A DNA stretch of 64,000 bases, from contig NC_043005.1 of assembly GCF_006345805.1 (NCBI RefSeq), positions 31,186,001 through 31,250,000 of the forward strand, read 5' to 3'. The translations under genes were made by a program, and so were the position numbers. Of this stretch, positions 12,070 through 23,389 are shown in pieces (position 1 is the stretch's first letter; the number at the start of each line of letters is the position of its first letter). The DNA is from Octopus sinensis. Its lineage: Eukaryota. The notes under the pieces are model-generated. The model saw only the letters and a program-made list of their open reading frames with translations. It was not told where the DNA came from and searched no databases.

Positions 12070-12625
12070 TAATACCAGTTATGAATGGAGCATTGGGGGC
12101 AAACCCTTGTCAAAGACTTCTCAAGGCTTTTAGGAATACCATGCAAGATTGGTGCCATAAAAAAGATAGCTTTGCTAAGTACTATGGACATTTTAAAGAA
12201 AGTCTCCGATATTTGATGTAACTTGAGGTGCATTTCCAACTACACTGCATGACGAAGTAATAATAGTAGTAGGGCATTATACTTGCATTACAAGATCAAT
12301 CTTTGGCTACAAATTGGTATGTCAATCTTAGAAATGAGTGCCTCCGTTGTGCCGAATATGTAATGAATTTGTATATGAATGTTTTACAGTTGCCCAAAGC
12401 AAGTATAAGTTATAGCGCCTTGATGAAGTAGCAAAGTGTCAGCATTGGAAACTACGTGTGTGAAAAGTGAAGGTTAGAGAAATAAAGCATGGTACGACCG
12501 CAAACCGCAGGGAGTGACTGAGTCGGAAACTTGCAAAACCCTGTGGGATTTCCCAGTTTAAATGGACCAGATGTTCGGGCACAACAAACCTGACTTAATG
12601 GTGGTGGATAAAGTAAACCATGTGA
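12070..12625 (+). mobile_element. Two short R4/Dong C-terminal fragments
   Basis: IPVMNGALG...KKIALLSTMDILKKV (12070-12240). LQDQSLATNW...LWDFP...HNKPDLMVVDK (12285-12625). Confidence 0.75.
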
Positions 12626-14284
12626 ATTATCAGGAAAGTACAAAACACTTAAAGAGAACAGATAGCATGGTGTCGTACGCTATAAGTAGCAAGCCCTCTA
12701 CTCATGTAAGAATCCAAGTGTTCCAACAAAATTTGGGTTTAAAAAATAATAATAATGTTTCTAATATACTCATTGAACAGAGGGGTGCAGTTATCTGTAT
12801 CAACTATTGGTATCAATATTTGATTGGTACTGTAATCATTTCAAGGATAAAAGGTAAATTTGTTCTTGACATGATTTGACCATCAATGATAATAAATATT
12901 AATAATAATATTAATGTATCAATTGTATTTTGGTAGGTGACGTAGATATATCAATATTAACTATTTCCGCTTCTATTGTCGTCAATGTTTGAATGGTTAC
13001 TGCTTTTAGTGTTTTCTTGCTGATATTCTTGTGGTTACTGTTGATGTCTTTAATGTTATCTTGTTTCAATGCCGCTTCTCATAAAGCCGTTACTGTCTTC
13101 CCACTAAATTCTATGTGATATTTAACTTATGCTGTTGTCATGGGTGTAGCTGTCATTCATGTCATTGTGCTCATGCTTGTTTCTAATTTCCATAGTCGTC
13201 GCTATCATGAGCTGTTAGGCTTGTGATTGTATTTATATTATTCTTATATGTGGTGCTCTTGTATTTCCAATTGTTATCGATACGTTTTAATGCCTATTTT
13301 AACAATAGGTGAACATAGAAAATATACAATGAAATATACGTGAAATATACAATGTGATCCTGTTGAGAAAATAGGAAATGGAACCTAATATCGAACGAAA
13401 TATCGTCATAAATAAGAGTACTGCCGATCATTGATGTTCAGTATATAGAAATGCTAGCAGTTTAAAGTAATCAATAAGAATAAGAAAAAAAAAAAAAACT
13501 AAACGGAAGGTGAAGGTGAAGGGGAGTAACAAAGGCGAAAGAGTAGGAAGGAAAACATAATGGAAAACTAAAGACAATGTAAGAAAGTCTAATTTAGAAT
13601 ACATCACCTAATTATGAGTATACACGCAGGAATACACACACACACACACATGCACACGCATACACACACACATATAAACACAATATATATATATACGTGC
13701 CCAATAACATTCAACTCCAGTCTTAAAAATATGCAGACGTTTATATATACTTGTACTCATACATTAACGTATAAACACTTACATAGATGAATTCGCACAC
13801 GCACACATGTCTATCTACATGAGTATGATTATGTATATGCAAAAGAGGAAGGTTGGAGGTAAATATGTGGAGGAAAGATAAACAGATACTCTATTCGTTA
13901 AGAATGAGTGAAGCAGTAGGAGGACCGAGTTACACAGAGAGGGATAGAGAGAGAGAGGGAGTGAGAAAAAGAGAGAGAAAGAGAGCGAAAGAGACTGAGA
14001 CAGATAAAAATGGATCCAGTTGTATATGAATGTGTAAAAATGTGCATGATTGTGTGTCCCCTTCTGTGATATATTCAATCAGTACTAAACAAATTTAGAA
14101 AATGAGTATACAATAGAATAAAGAAGGGGTAGAGACAGCGAAAGAATATATTCGTTTGTATATATATTTGCATGCATACGTAACACATGCAAGCACATAT
14201 ACAGAGTATTACGGAGATTTACGTTGTGGTATCAACAAACAAGACGAGGACACAAATCCGTCCAATTTAAATAAATATGTATGT

Positions 14285-15748
14285 ATGATGATGGCCGTCC
14301 ACTCGTGACCGAGGAAGACCATTGCTGACCTTCAGGAACATTGTGAGCTCTAGGACTAACTTATATTTTGCATTTTCAGCTCCGTTGGTGGCTAATGAAC
14401 CCTGCTCTTGACAAGCATACACGACAGCAAACATTGCAGACCAAGCTTTCCCCATTCACTACTCTAGCCGCGCGCTTTCGCGCAGCACGTTTAAGTTCTT
14501 CATGCTGAATACGTGCTGTCTCAAAAGTGTCGACCCCCTTCTTTAACCTGCTTCCTCCATCTGTGACGATGACAAGCATTGTTCTCCCAGTCAGTCTCCT
14601 GCATATCACAGGCCTTTAATGAGGACTTGACACAGTCCTTAAATCGCAGTTTTGGTTTCTGCTTGGGTCTCTTTCCATTCACCATATAGCATCTGCTTAG
14701 GGATCTTGCTATCCTTCATTCTAATAAGGTATCCAGTCCAACGTAACCGGTGCTTGTGAACCATCGCCTCAATAATCAGGATATCAGCAGTCCTCAGAAC
14801 CCGTGTGTCTGTAATTTTTAAGGTCCAGCCAACATTGAGAATGTGTCTGAGACATTTCTGATGAAAGCGTTCAAGGACCCTTACATGACGTTTGTAAAAG
14901 GTCAATGATTCACATGAGTAGAGGAGCGATGTCAGTACATATCCACGGTACATAGCAATTTTTGTTTGCCTACTGATGCTATGCTGGGACCAGACACGAG
15001 ACTGGAGAGATCGGAAGGAATTGCTCTCTGCAGCCTGAAAGATATTTACTCATCCAGGGAGCAAGAACGACTGAGTGTACTGCTCAGGTGGACAAACTTG
15101 TCTACTACCTTCAGAATAGTTCCTTCAACCAAGATAGCTGGTTTCACATATGGATTTCCTGGTGCAGGCTGGCTGAAACAGTCTTGTCCAGGCTAATGCT
15201 AAGTCCAAATACCTTGCAAGAAGCAGAAATATAATTCATGAGTATTTGCATGTCATCTACTGTATGACTAAGTCACAGTCATCTGCATAAAGGAGGTCAC
15301 AAATAATAGACTGGAGAACTTTTCAATTGGAAGCAAATCGGCGCAGATTAAAGAGGCGGCCAGAAGATCGATATCTGACATATTCCCAGAGAGCTAACCT
15401 TAGCAAAAGCATGAGTAAAAACAGTAGCAAAGTACAAATATCAGATCGTACTGCAAAGCCAACACCAGCCTCTTTGCGCTCCCCCTTCTACCTTCCCTTC
15501 CAAAAAAAGGTGTATGCACCTCCTACTTCCTCAAGCTGACCATCATCTTCTATACGAGTCGCTGAGAGTACAGCTATATCAATGCTATAACGGTTCAGCT
15601 CGCGAGCAACAAGTGCAGTGCGTCTTTCAGGCCTACAATCACTCTTCTTATCCAAGAGTGCGCACATTCCAACATGAAATGTTTAAATCCCACCCAGATT
15701 TTGTAAATAAAAGTCTCTTTGTTTTTCGAGAGCAGGGTGGACAAAATG
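14285..15748 (-). mobile_element. RTE-clade LINE, internally deleted (APE N-terminus joined to late RT and C-terminus)
   Basis: LNISCWNVRTL (APE start). LLYSCES...LERFHQKCLRHIL...RLRWTGYLIRMKDSKIPKQMLYGE. 3' end GGACGGCCATCATCAT. Confidence 0.85.
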
Positions 15749-15749
15749 T

Positions 15750-15784
<35 letters not shown>

Positions 15785-15828
15785 CATCCTCATCCTCATC
15801 ATCATCATCATCACCATCATCATCATCA
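15749..15828. repeat. (CAT)n/(CCT) microsatellite
   Basis: Directly visible. Confidence 0.95.
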
Positions 15829-16138
15829 CTATATATATAGTCCAAAGATGAGATCCAGAGATTATCAGTATAGAAGACACATATTAGTGCTCAAATAATT
15901 CAAACTTAGACTCCGAAGTTTTTACAAGGGATTGTTTCCGCAAGGTAAATAATAGTTGTTGTATATATTTATACCTAAAATTTCATCAGCTGAAGATCCC
16001 CATTTTTGCTTTCTCTCGTTTTGCATGTATATGTATATACATATTTTCTATTTTATACCTAGTCTATTATGATTAATATATTTAACATGTTTAATGCATC
16101 GAATTTGTTTATCCGCATCATTGCCGCTCTCTGTCTCT

Positions 16139-16156
16139 CTATGTATATATATATAC

Positions 16157-16223
<67 letters not shown>

Positions 16224-16252
16224 CACACACACACATATATATATATATATAC

Positions 16253-16283
<31 letters not shown>

Positions 16284-16296
16284 CATACACACACAG

Positions 16297-16379
<83 letters not shown>

Positions 16380-16380
16380 T
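16139..16380. repeat. (TA)n/(CA)n compound microsatellite
   Basis: Directly visible. Source of the spurious poly-IY ORFs. Confidence 0.95.
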
Positions 16381-16722
16381 AGTAACAAACCGAGGAAAAG
16401 AAATCATTCAAAGGAGTGTGTTAAATATCCAATTCACTGGTACGCTAGTTGGGTACCTTATAAATATTGGTATAATTCAATTATAAAGATAATTGAATAT
16501 AGAGAAATTCTATTGACAATCCAATAATTTATTTATAATATAATATTATATTAAATACTTTGAATATAATGTATAACAGAATATAATATTATATAACATA
16601 AATAATTATAAAAACCAATAAAGGGCAATAAATTGTTTTGACTTGAATATATTTTTTCTGATATATATAATCACAGTTCCATTATAAAAAAAGAGTACTC
16701 AAATACCAGAGGTAGAGTAATA

Positions 16723-16885
16723 TACTCTGTTAAAAGCAGCAGAAATATCACAAACTATTACTCAGAATTTCACGTTCCCGTTCGTCAGACATTTTTGTTA
16801 GATTATAACAAAACTGTCCGACAAACTGGAAAATGAAACTCTGAGTAATAGTTTTTGTGATATTTCTGCTGCTTTTAATAAAGTA
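16723..16885. mobile_element. 163-bp foldback MITE-like palindrome
   Basis: TTAAAAGCAGCAGAAATATCACAAACTATTACTCAGA pairs with its reverse complement at about 16835-16878. The inner arms are also complementary. Confidence 0.8.
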
Positions 16886-17044
16886 CATACATACATGCAA
16901 ACATGGTGGCTGCCCCCTCGTTATCGAGTATGGCCATTGCGCGAAGCTTAATCAATGTTGTTATTGTGCAATGCCTGTGCAAGAAGATTTTTTTTAAAGT
17001 GAGGAAAGGCTGTGCACTGAGTCAATCCCACTCACTAAGCTACA

Positions 17045-17567
<523 letters not shown>

Positions 17568-17686
17568 GATATATATATATATATATATAACGGGAAGCTT
17601 TATGAAAATAAACAAAAGACGAAGGCAGGTGGAAAACAAACGAACAATTGTATTAGTATGGCGCTCAGGAAATATAATAAAACAAG

Positions 17687-17724
17687 TCTTTAACGTTTCG
17701 AGCCTACGCTCTTCAACAGAAAGA
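17687..17724 (-). ncRNA. Minimal type I hammerhead-like motif with CUGUUGA core, in a PLE pLTR-type repeat (about 17590-17800)
   Basis: UCUUU-CUGUUGA-A-GAGC(GUAG)GCUC-GAA-ACGU-U-AAAGA. Stem I 5 bp, stem II 4 bp, palindromic stem III. Confidence 0.7.
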
Positions 17725-17809
17725 TACACAGAGAGAGAAAAACACAGAAAGAAGGAGAGCAAAAAAATGCGTGCAGTAGCTAACGAATCAACATGGCGAT
17801 TCATATATA

Positions 17810-18346
17810 TATGAATATATACATACATATATGTATGTATATACCTACATATATATGTATATATACATTCATATATGGGTACAGAACATCAAAAAGACGT
17901 AGACACAATGAGAAATGAGAATATAAAAAAAAACATAGAAAACGAATTTTTTCGAACATCGAAAGAAAAAACGAACAGAGAAACAAGCATGTAACATTAA
18001 GAACATTCCCTTCAACAGTTGTCCCCTGTTTTATCTACTCCGCGTTCGAAGGTAAGGACAAGACGCAACTTCATTAAAACAGTCCTTCCCGCAAAGCAAA
18101 TTAAATAAAATTTGGGATTTTTTGTGGAGGGTGAAAGTGGTAACAAAAACAGCACTGTGAGAACAAAACAATAAAATCAAACCGTGAAGGCTGTTAAGCC
18201 AAGACGATGTGAAGTGGTGAACGCTGGAAAAACGAGCTTTGAGAAGAGACAGATAAAAGCACGTCTTGTCTTTAGGAAGGAAGTGGAAGAAAGAAAGAAT
18301 GGCCGTCGGTCACGTGTGAATAACGAGAGAGTCAAGTAGGAAGAGT

Positions 18347-18395
<49 letters not shown>

Positions 18396-19330
18396 GGAAC
18401 AGTGAAGGGGAAAGGAAAAGAATAGGGAAAGGATGGGAGAGAAAAACATAAAGGAAGAACAAGAGAGGGAGATAGACAGACAGAAAAGGGACAGAATAGG
18501 TGTGCGCATCGTAATTATTAAAATAAAACTTACTTGGAAAAGGATGCGTGGCGTTCGATCATATAATATAAATGATATATAGATATATGCATATATACAT
18601 GCATATATGTACATACCTACATATATATGTACATATACATGCATATATGGGTACAGGACATAAAAAAACGTAGACAGAATGAGAAGCGAGAACATTATTT
18701 ATATTATTATATGATCGAACGCCACGCATCCTTTTCTAAGTAAGTTTTATCTTAATAATTACGATGCGCACACTTATTCTATCTCTTTTCTATCTATCTC
18801 CCTATCTTTTTCTTCTTCCTTTCTGTTTTTCTCTCCTACCCTTTCCCTATTCTTCTCCTTTCCCCCCTCTCTCTCTCTCTCTCTCGCATTTTTCCTCCTT
18901 GACTCTCTCGTTTTCTTTCTTTCTTTCTCTCTATCCCTCTATAATCCTCTATAGTTTCCTTTCCTTCCCCTCCCTCTTTGTCTTTCTTTCACTCCATACT
19001 ATCTTTTGTTCTTCCTCCCTTCTCACTCCCTTTGTTTCTTTCCCTCATCCCATTTCTTTCTTTCATCCTCTCTCTTGTTCACGTGATTATAAGCCTTTTT
19101 TCTCGTCTCGGTCTTTTTTGGATGTGATGTCCAAACAGCTGGACGTCATCTCCCTCTTCTTTCGCTTCTCGACACCTTTTTCTCTTCTACTATTTTTCTT
19201 CTCTCCCATTTATTCTATATCCTTTCAAAATTTCACCCAGGCGTTACCCATTACAATGCGTCTTGGCTTAACAGCCCTTAATGTTTGACTTTGTCGATTG
19301 TTTACTCTGCACTCCACTCTGCTGTTTGTT
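17810..19330. repeat. Non-coding repeat in direct-plus-inverted arrangement (PLE-derivative-like)
   Basis: 17810-17915 recurs at 18590-18695. About 18170-18590 is inverted at about 18700-19330 (e.g. GGCTGTTAAGCCAAGACG / CGTCTTGGCTTAACAGCC). Confidence 0.75.
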
Positions 19331-19788
19331 CGTTCGAAGCCCTAACTCCCCACAAAGTTTATATTTAAAAAATTTCTGGATGCTACTGTCTTAAGAAGTA
19401 TTTCTATCTTGTCGTTAAAAGCACGAAATGACGAAATGGGTAGTAACAAGCAGTCGACAACTGACGAGCAAGTTATCTTGTTTTGATTTTTGTCCTGTAC
19501 TTTTCTCTCGTGTGCTTACAAATTTTTCCCTCGTTTGTGATGTCTTGTACATAATGTGTATTTCTTATTTATTTATAATTGAACGCCACGCAGCCTTGTT
19601 CATAGGAAGTTCTTACATTTAACGAGTTGTATTTATTTATCCCCTGACGAGATGCAACTGCACCACCGGATACTCCTGAACCAGTTGTCGAGTGTCCCAC
19701 CCATGAGGAATCGATGCTAGCTGTGTCAAAACAATTGTTGCGATTATAATAAATTCTCATATATGCCACCTTCCGTTTTTCATTTGCC

Positions 19789-19834
<46 letters not shown>

Positions 19835-19966
19835 AAAATAGTAAAGTGTGAAAAAACGACAGAAGGCTTAATGTTAAAAAAAATATATATTTGTGTCAAA
19901 ATGTCTGGAGAATATTGGAAAAATTTTTTTCCCTTTCCTTAAAATGACATAATTTTAAAATTTTTA

Positions 19967-20006
19967 AAGAAATTACCGGTTTCGCGTGTAGCTTTTCAAA
20001 TTTCTT
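19967..20006 (-). ncRNA. Minimal type I hammerhead ribozyme with U3-A8 covariant core
   Basis: AAGAAAU-UUGAAAA-GC(UACAC)GC-GAA-ACCGGU-A-AUUUCUU. Perfect 7-bp stem I, palindromic ACCGGU, 150 nt 3' of the PLE ORF stop on the same strand. Confidence 0.75.
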
Positions 20007-20155
20007 GTGACGTTATGTTTATATTGCATGGAATTATCGTTGTTTTTATTTCCAGGAGATTTCTAAATAAGGGGAGGTAGTGAGTGATTTTTTCCGGTGT
20101 AGGGGAGATAATCGCTTAAAAATTTTTTTCCCTTTTCCTTGTTAATTTCTCTGTG

Positions 20156-21604
20156 TCAGTATGTTCGGCTGGTTGAGTCTGGGTTGTACTTTTCAATGAA
20201 GAATGTTTCCTTGTTCAGTCTCATTTGTGTTGATGATCCGAAAGCACATTGGTAAAATGGGAAGATTAAAAATTGTGGCAGTAGTTGCTTTGCGCATTTC
20301 TCAATGTGCTCACTAAAAGGTATCATTCTATATTCTGGGAATGCAATCTGTTGTCGATGCAGTGTGCATCTGCGCCTGAGTGATAGTCCCGTGGAACCCA
20401 CGTAGTCTTGGTGGCAGCCCGAGCATTTAATAACATAAATTATGTTTTCAGAGGCACAAGTAAAGTTAGATTTGATCTTAAATTTCTGTCCCTCTTTAAA
20501 GAATTCTGATCCTTCCAATAGGTTAGGACATGTTGCACAGTTCGATCTACCACATTTTTTTACTTTTGCATCCGTAATTTTAGAAGACAATTTTGCCTTT
20601 GTGAGAATCTTTTTAAGTGATTTAGGCTGTTTGTAGCTTTTGATGATTTGGTGTATGTTTAGAATTCCTTTAATTTTGGGTTTTTATGAAATATTGGTAA
20701 ATTCTGGGTGATGATGGTGAAGGCTTCTTTGTTTCTGGGGTTGTATGTAGATATGTAAGGTAGTATTTTCGGGGAAGGTGTGTTGTTGTGTTGAACTTTT
20801 CTTAAAGTTTCTATGTTGATTTCTGTTGCACGTCTGATCCCATCCTCTATGAGTTGAGCTGGGTAATGTCTGTCAATTAGGGTGTTTTTGAGTTCTTGCA
20901 GTCTAAAGTTCCTGGTATTTTGTTCTGACACTATTGTGCATATCCTTCTTGCAAGGTTGAAGGGGATGTTTGTTTTAGTGTGTCTTGGGTGGCATGAATT
21001 AAAAAGAAGGTATTGTTTGGCGTCTGTGGCTTTGTAAAAAATGTCTGTTTCTATTTTAAGGTTATTTTTTTAATTAGTATATCCAAGAACGGGAGCTCCT
21101 TTTGGTTGTATTCCATTGTGAACTGTATATTTGGGTTTATGCTGTTCAATAGGTTTTTAAATTTTAGGAGTTTATCTATGTTTTCATTCCAGAGAATGAA
21201 ACAATCGTCTAGGAATCGTTTCCAATTCTCTTTTATGTATTGAGAGAGGGAGTTTCCAAAGATTGATAGAGATTCCTGGTAAATGATTATTTCCATGTAT
21301 CCCATTGTAAGTTCGCAATGACTGGTGCTGCCCTTGTACCCATAGCAATTCCGGATTTTTGACGGTAAAATGTATTGTCAAACATGAAGTGGTTATTGTG
21401 TAGGATGAATTCAATTGATTTAGTAATGAATTCCTTACTGATCCTTTTTGGTATTTCTTCCGGAAATTGGTCTAACCAGAATTGTATTGCCTCCAGTCCA
21501 TAATTATGAGGTATACTGGTATACAAGTTGACTACATCAAATGAAACCAGGATTGTTTCTTCCTTGGTTTTTTTTTCCAATATTCTCCAGACATTTTGAC
21601 ACAA
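20156..21604 (-). pseudogene. PLE RT + Cys-rich linker + GIY-YIG endonuclease, frameshifted
   Basis: LVSFDVVNLYTSIPH, GIAMGT, WKRFLDDCFILW, LPFLD, KCGRSNCATC, NIIYVIKCSGCHQDYVGST. Confidence 0.92.
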
Positions 21605-21704
21605 ATATATATATTTTTTAACATTTAAGCCTTCTGTCGTTTTTTCACACTTTACTATTTTCTTATATATTCACCCACGTGCTTTACCAAACAAACTTTC
21701 TTAT

Positions 21705-21729
21705 CTATATATATATATATTATATATAT

Positions 21730-21784
<55 letters not shown>

Positions 21785-21789
21785 ATGTA

Positions 21790-21870
<81 letters not shown>

Positions 21871-21932
21871 GTATATATATATGTATATATATACATATAC
21901 ACACACACACACACACACCACACACACACACA
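21705..21932. repeat. (TA)n/(CA)n microsatellite
   Basis: Directly visible. Confidence 0.95.
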
Positions 21933-22170
21933 TAATTTTCGTTGCGACTTACACCCTTTTCATTCGTCGTTGAATCTGTCCATTATAACAGAGTCAATGA
22001 CTATTGAAGAGGCTGCAATTTTAGTAAAAATAAGAAAGCAAATGAGTGGAAATCGATGAGTGTGTTAAATTAATAAGTCACTAAATGAGAATGACTCTTC
22101 CCAGACACAATAAAATATGCTTCAACACACGAATTCACATAAAGCATCTTGGAAACGAAATACAAAAACT

Positions 22171-22221
<51 letters not shown>

Positions 22222-22326
22222 CGGTGCCCCAGCATGGTTACAGCTCGTGAACTGAAACTAGATAAAATAAAAAAAATATATATAATTAAATTAATAATTA
22301 TATACACATGCATATAATTATATTAA

Positions 22327-22663
22327 GGGAGTAAGGGCGAAAACGATTTAACGCCAACGTGCTTGCAGTACCGAGACATTAAAAAAACTACCAAAATCTC
22401 CAAATAAAAATCATTAACGTGATTTTTATCCTTATATTCTATAATGAATTAATAAATAAAATAAAACAATTTAATTATTTTTACTCCTGACCGGAATAGC
22501 ATTTACTGCTTGGTTATTCTGATAATATTATACACGTGGCTGCCGTGAGGGGATTTAAATTTTACTTATCTAGGATCCATGTATATATTTAATCTGGAGT
22601 TTTTGGTAGTTTTTTTAATGTCTCGGAACTTATTGGAGTTAGGTCGTTTTCGGCATTGCTCCC
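22327..22663. mobile_element. Non-autonomous DNA transposon (MITE), Kolobok-like termini
   Basis: TTAA|GGGAG...CTCCC|TTAA with about 80-bp imperfect TIRs (CGAAAACGA...CCGAGACATTAAAAAAACTACCAAAA). Confidence 0.75.
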
Positions 22664-22930
22664 TTAATATAATTCTATACGCTTGTATATAATTATTAAT
22701 TTAATGTATAAATTACCCATAAATTTTTTATAGCATGCTGACTACCAGATGAAAATTATTAAATAAATTCTGATCCTGATAATCTATTAAGAATTTATCA
22801 GCCGAAATTGCGAGGATGATCAGGTTCTTGACTGAAGATTAGAGGCTTCGAATAACCCGTCCGTTTTTCGTGTCGTCTATTTGAGTGTTTTGCGTTCTTG
22901 TCCCATTTTGTATTTTTATACATATTTTAT

Positions 22931-22962
<32 letters not shown>

Positions 22963-23156
22963 GTGTGTGTGTGTGTATATAAAATATATATGTGTGTGTG
23001 TGTGTGTGTGTGGAAGCAATAATAATAGTAATATGATATTAAGGATTATTACGAAGTTGCATGGCGTTACCTTTAATTCTTTTTATATATAGCTTTAAAT
23101 AGACATAAACATGGTTCATCTCAAGGTGTATATATATATATATACATTTATTATTT

Positions 23157-23387
23157 TTACTTGTTTCAGCCATTTGAATGTGGCCATGCCTTTAGTCGAA
23201 CAAATCGACCCGAGGACTTATTCATTGTAAGCATAGTACTTATTCTATCGTTCTCTTTGCTGAACCGCTAAGTTACGGAGTCGTAAACACACCAACATCG
23301 GTTGCCAAAAAATGGTGGGGGAACAAAGACACACAAATACATACATCCACACACACACATATATACGACGGGCTTCTTTCAGTTTCC
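23157..23387 (-). mobile_element. SINE family 2, 3' part
   Basis: Homologous to 62949-63200 and to the reverse complement of 46370-46670. Confidence 0.85.
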
Positions 23388-23389
23388 TT

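Larger units (their letters stand above)
19831..21665 (-). mobile_element. PLE (Neptune-type) flanked by about 93-bp inverted repeats
   Basis: RT + GIY-YIG pseudo-ORF inside. 19831-19923 is the reverse complement of about 21572-21665. Confidence 0.85.

Noticed and set aside
13345-13410. Further hammerhead-like words (13351 CTGTTGA; 15982 minus; 18012 minus; 19643 CTGACGA; 22822 and 60363; 38730)
   Set aside because: Each lacks a pairable stem I, an intact GAAA or a stem II, so they are at best heavily decayed.
16048-16527. Long ORFs of IY/CV/HT repeats (also 17.3, 21.7, 37.2, 46.4 kb) and poly-S, poly-I, poly-L ORFs
   Set aside because: These are translations of di- and trinucleotide microsatellites, not genes.
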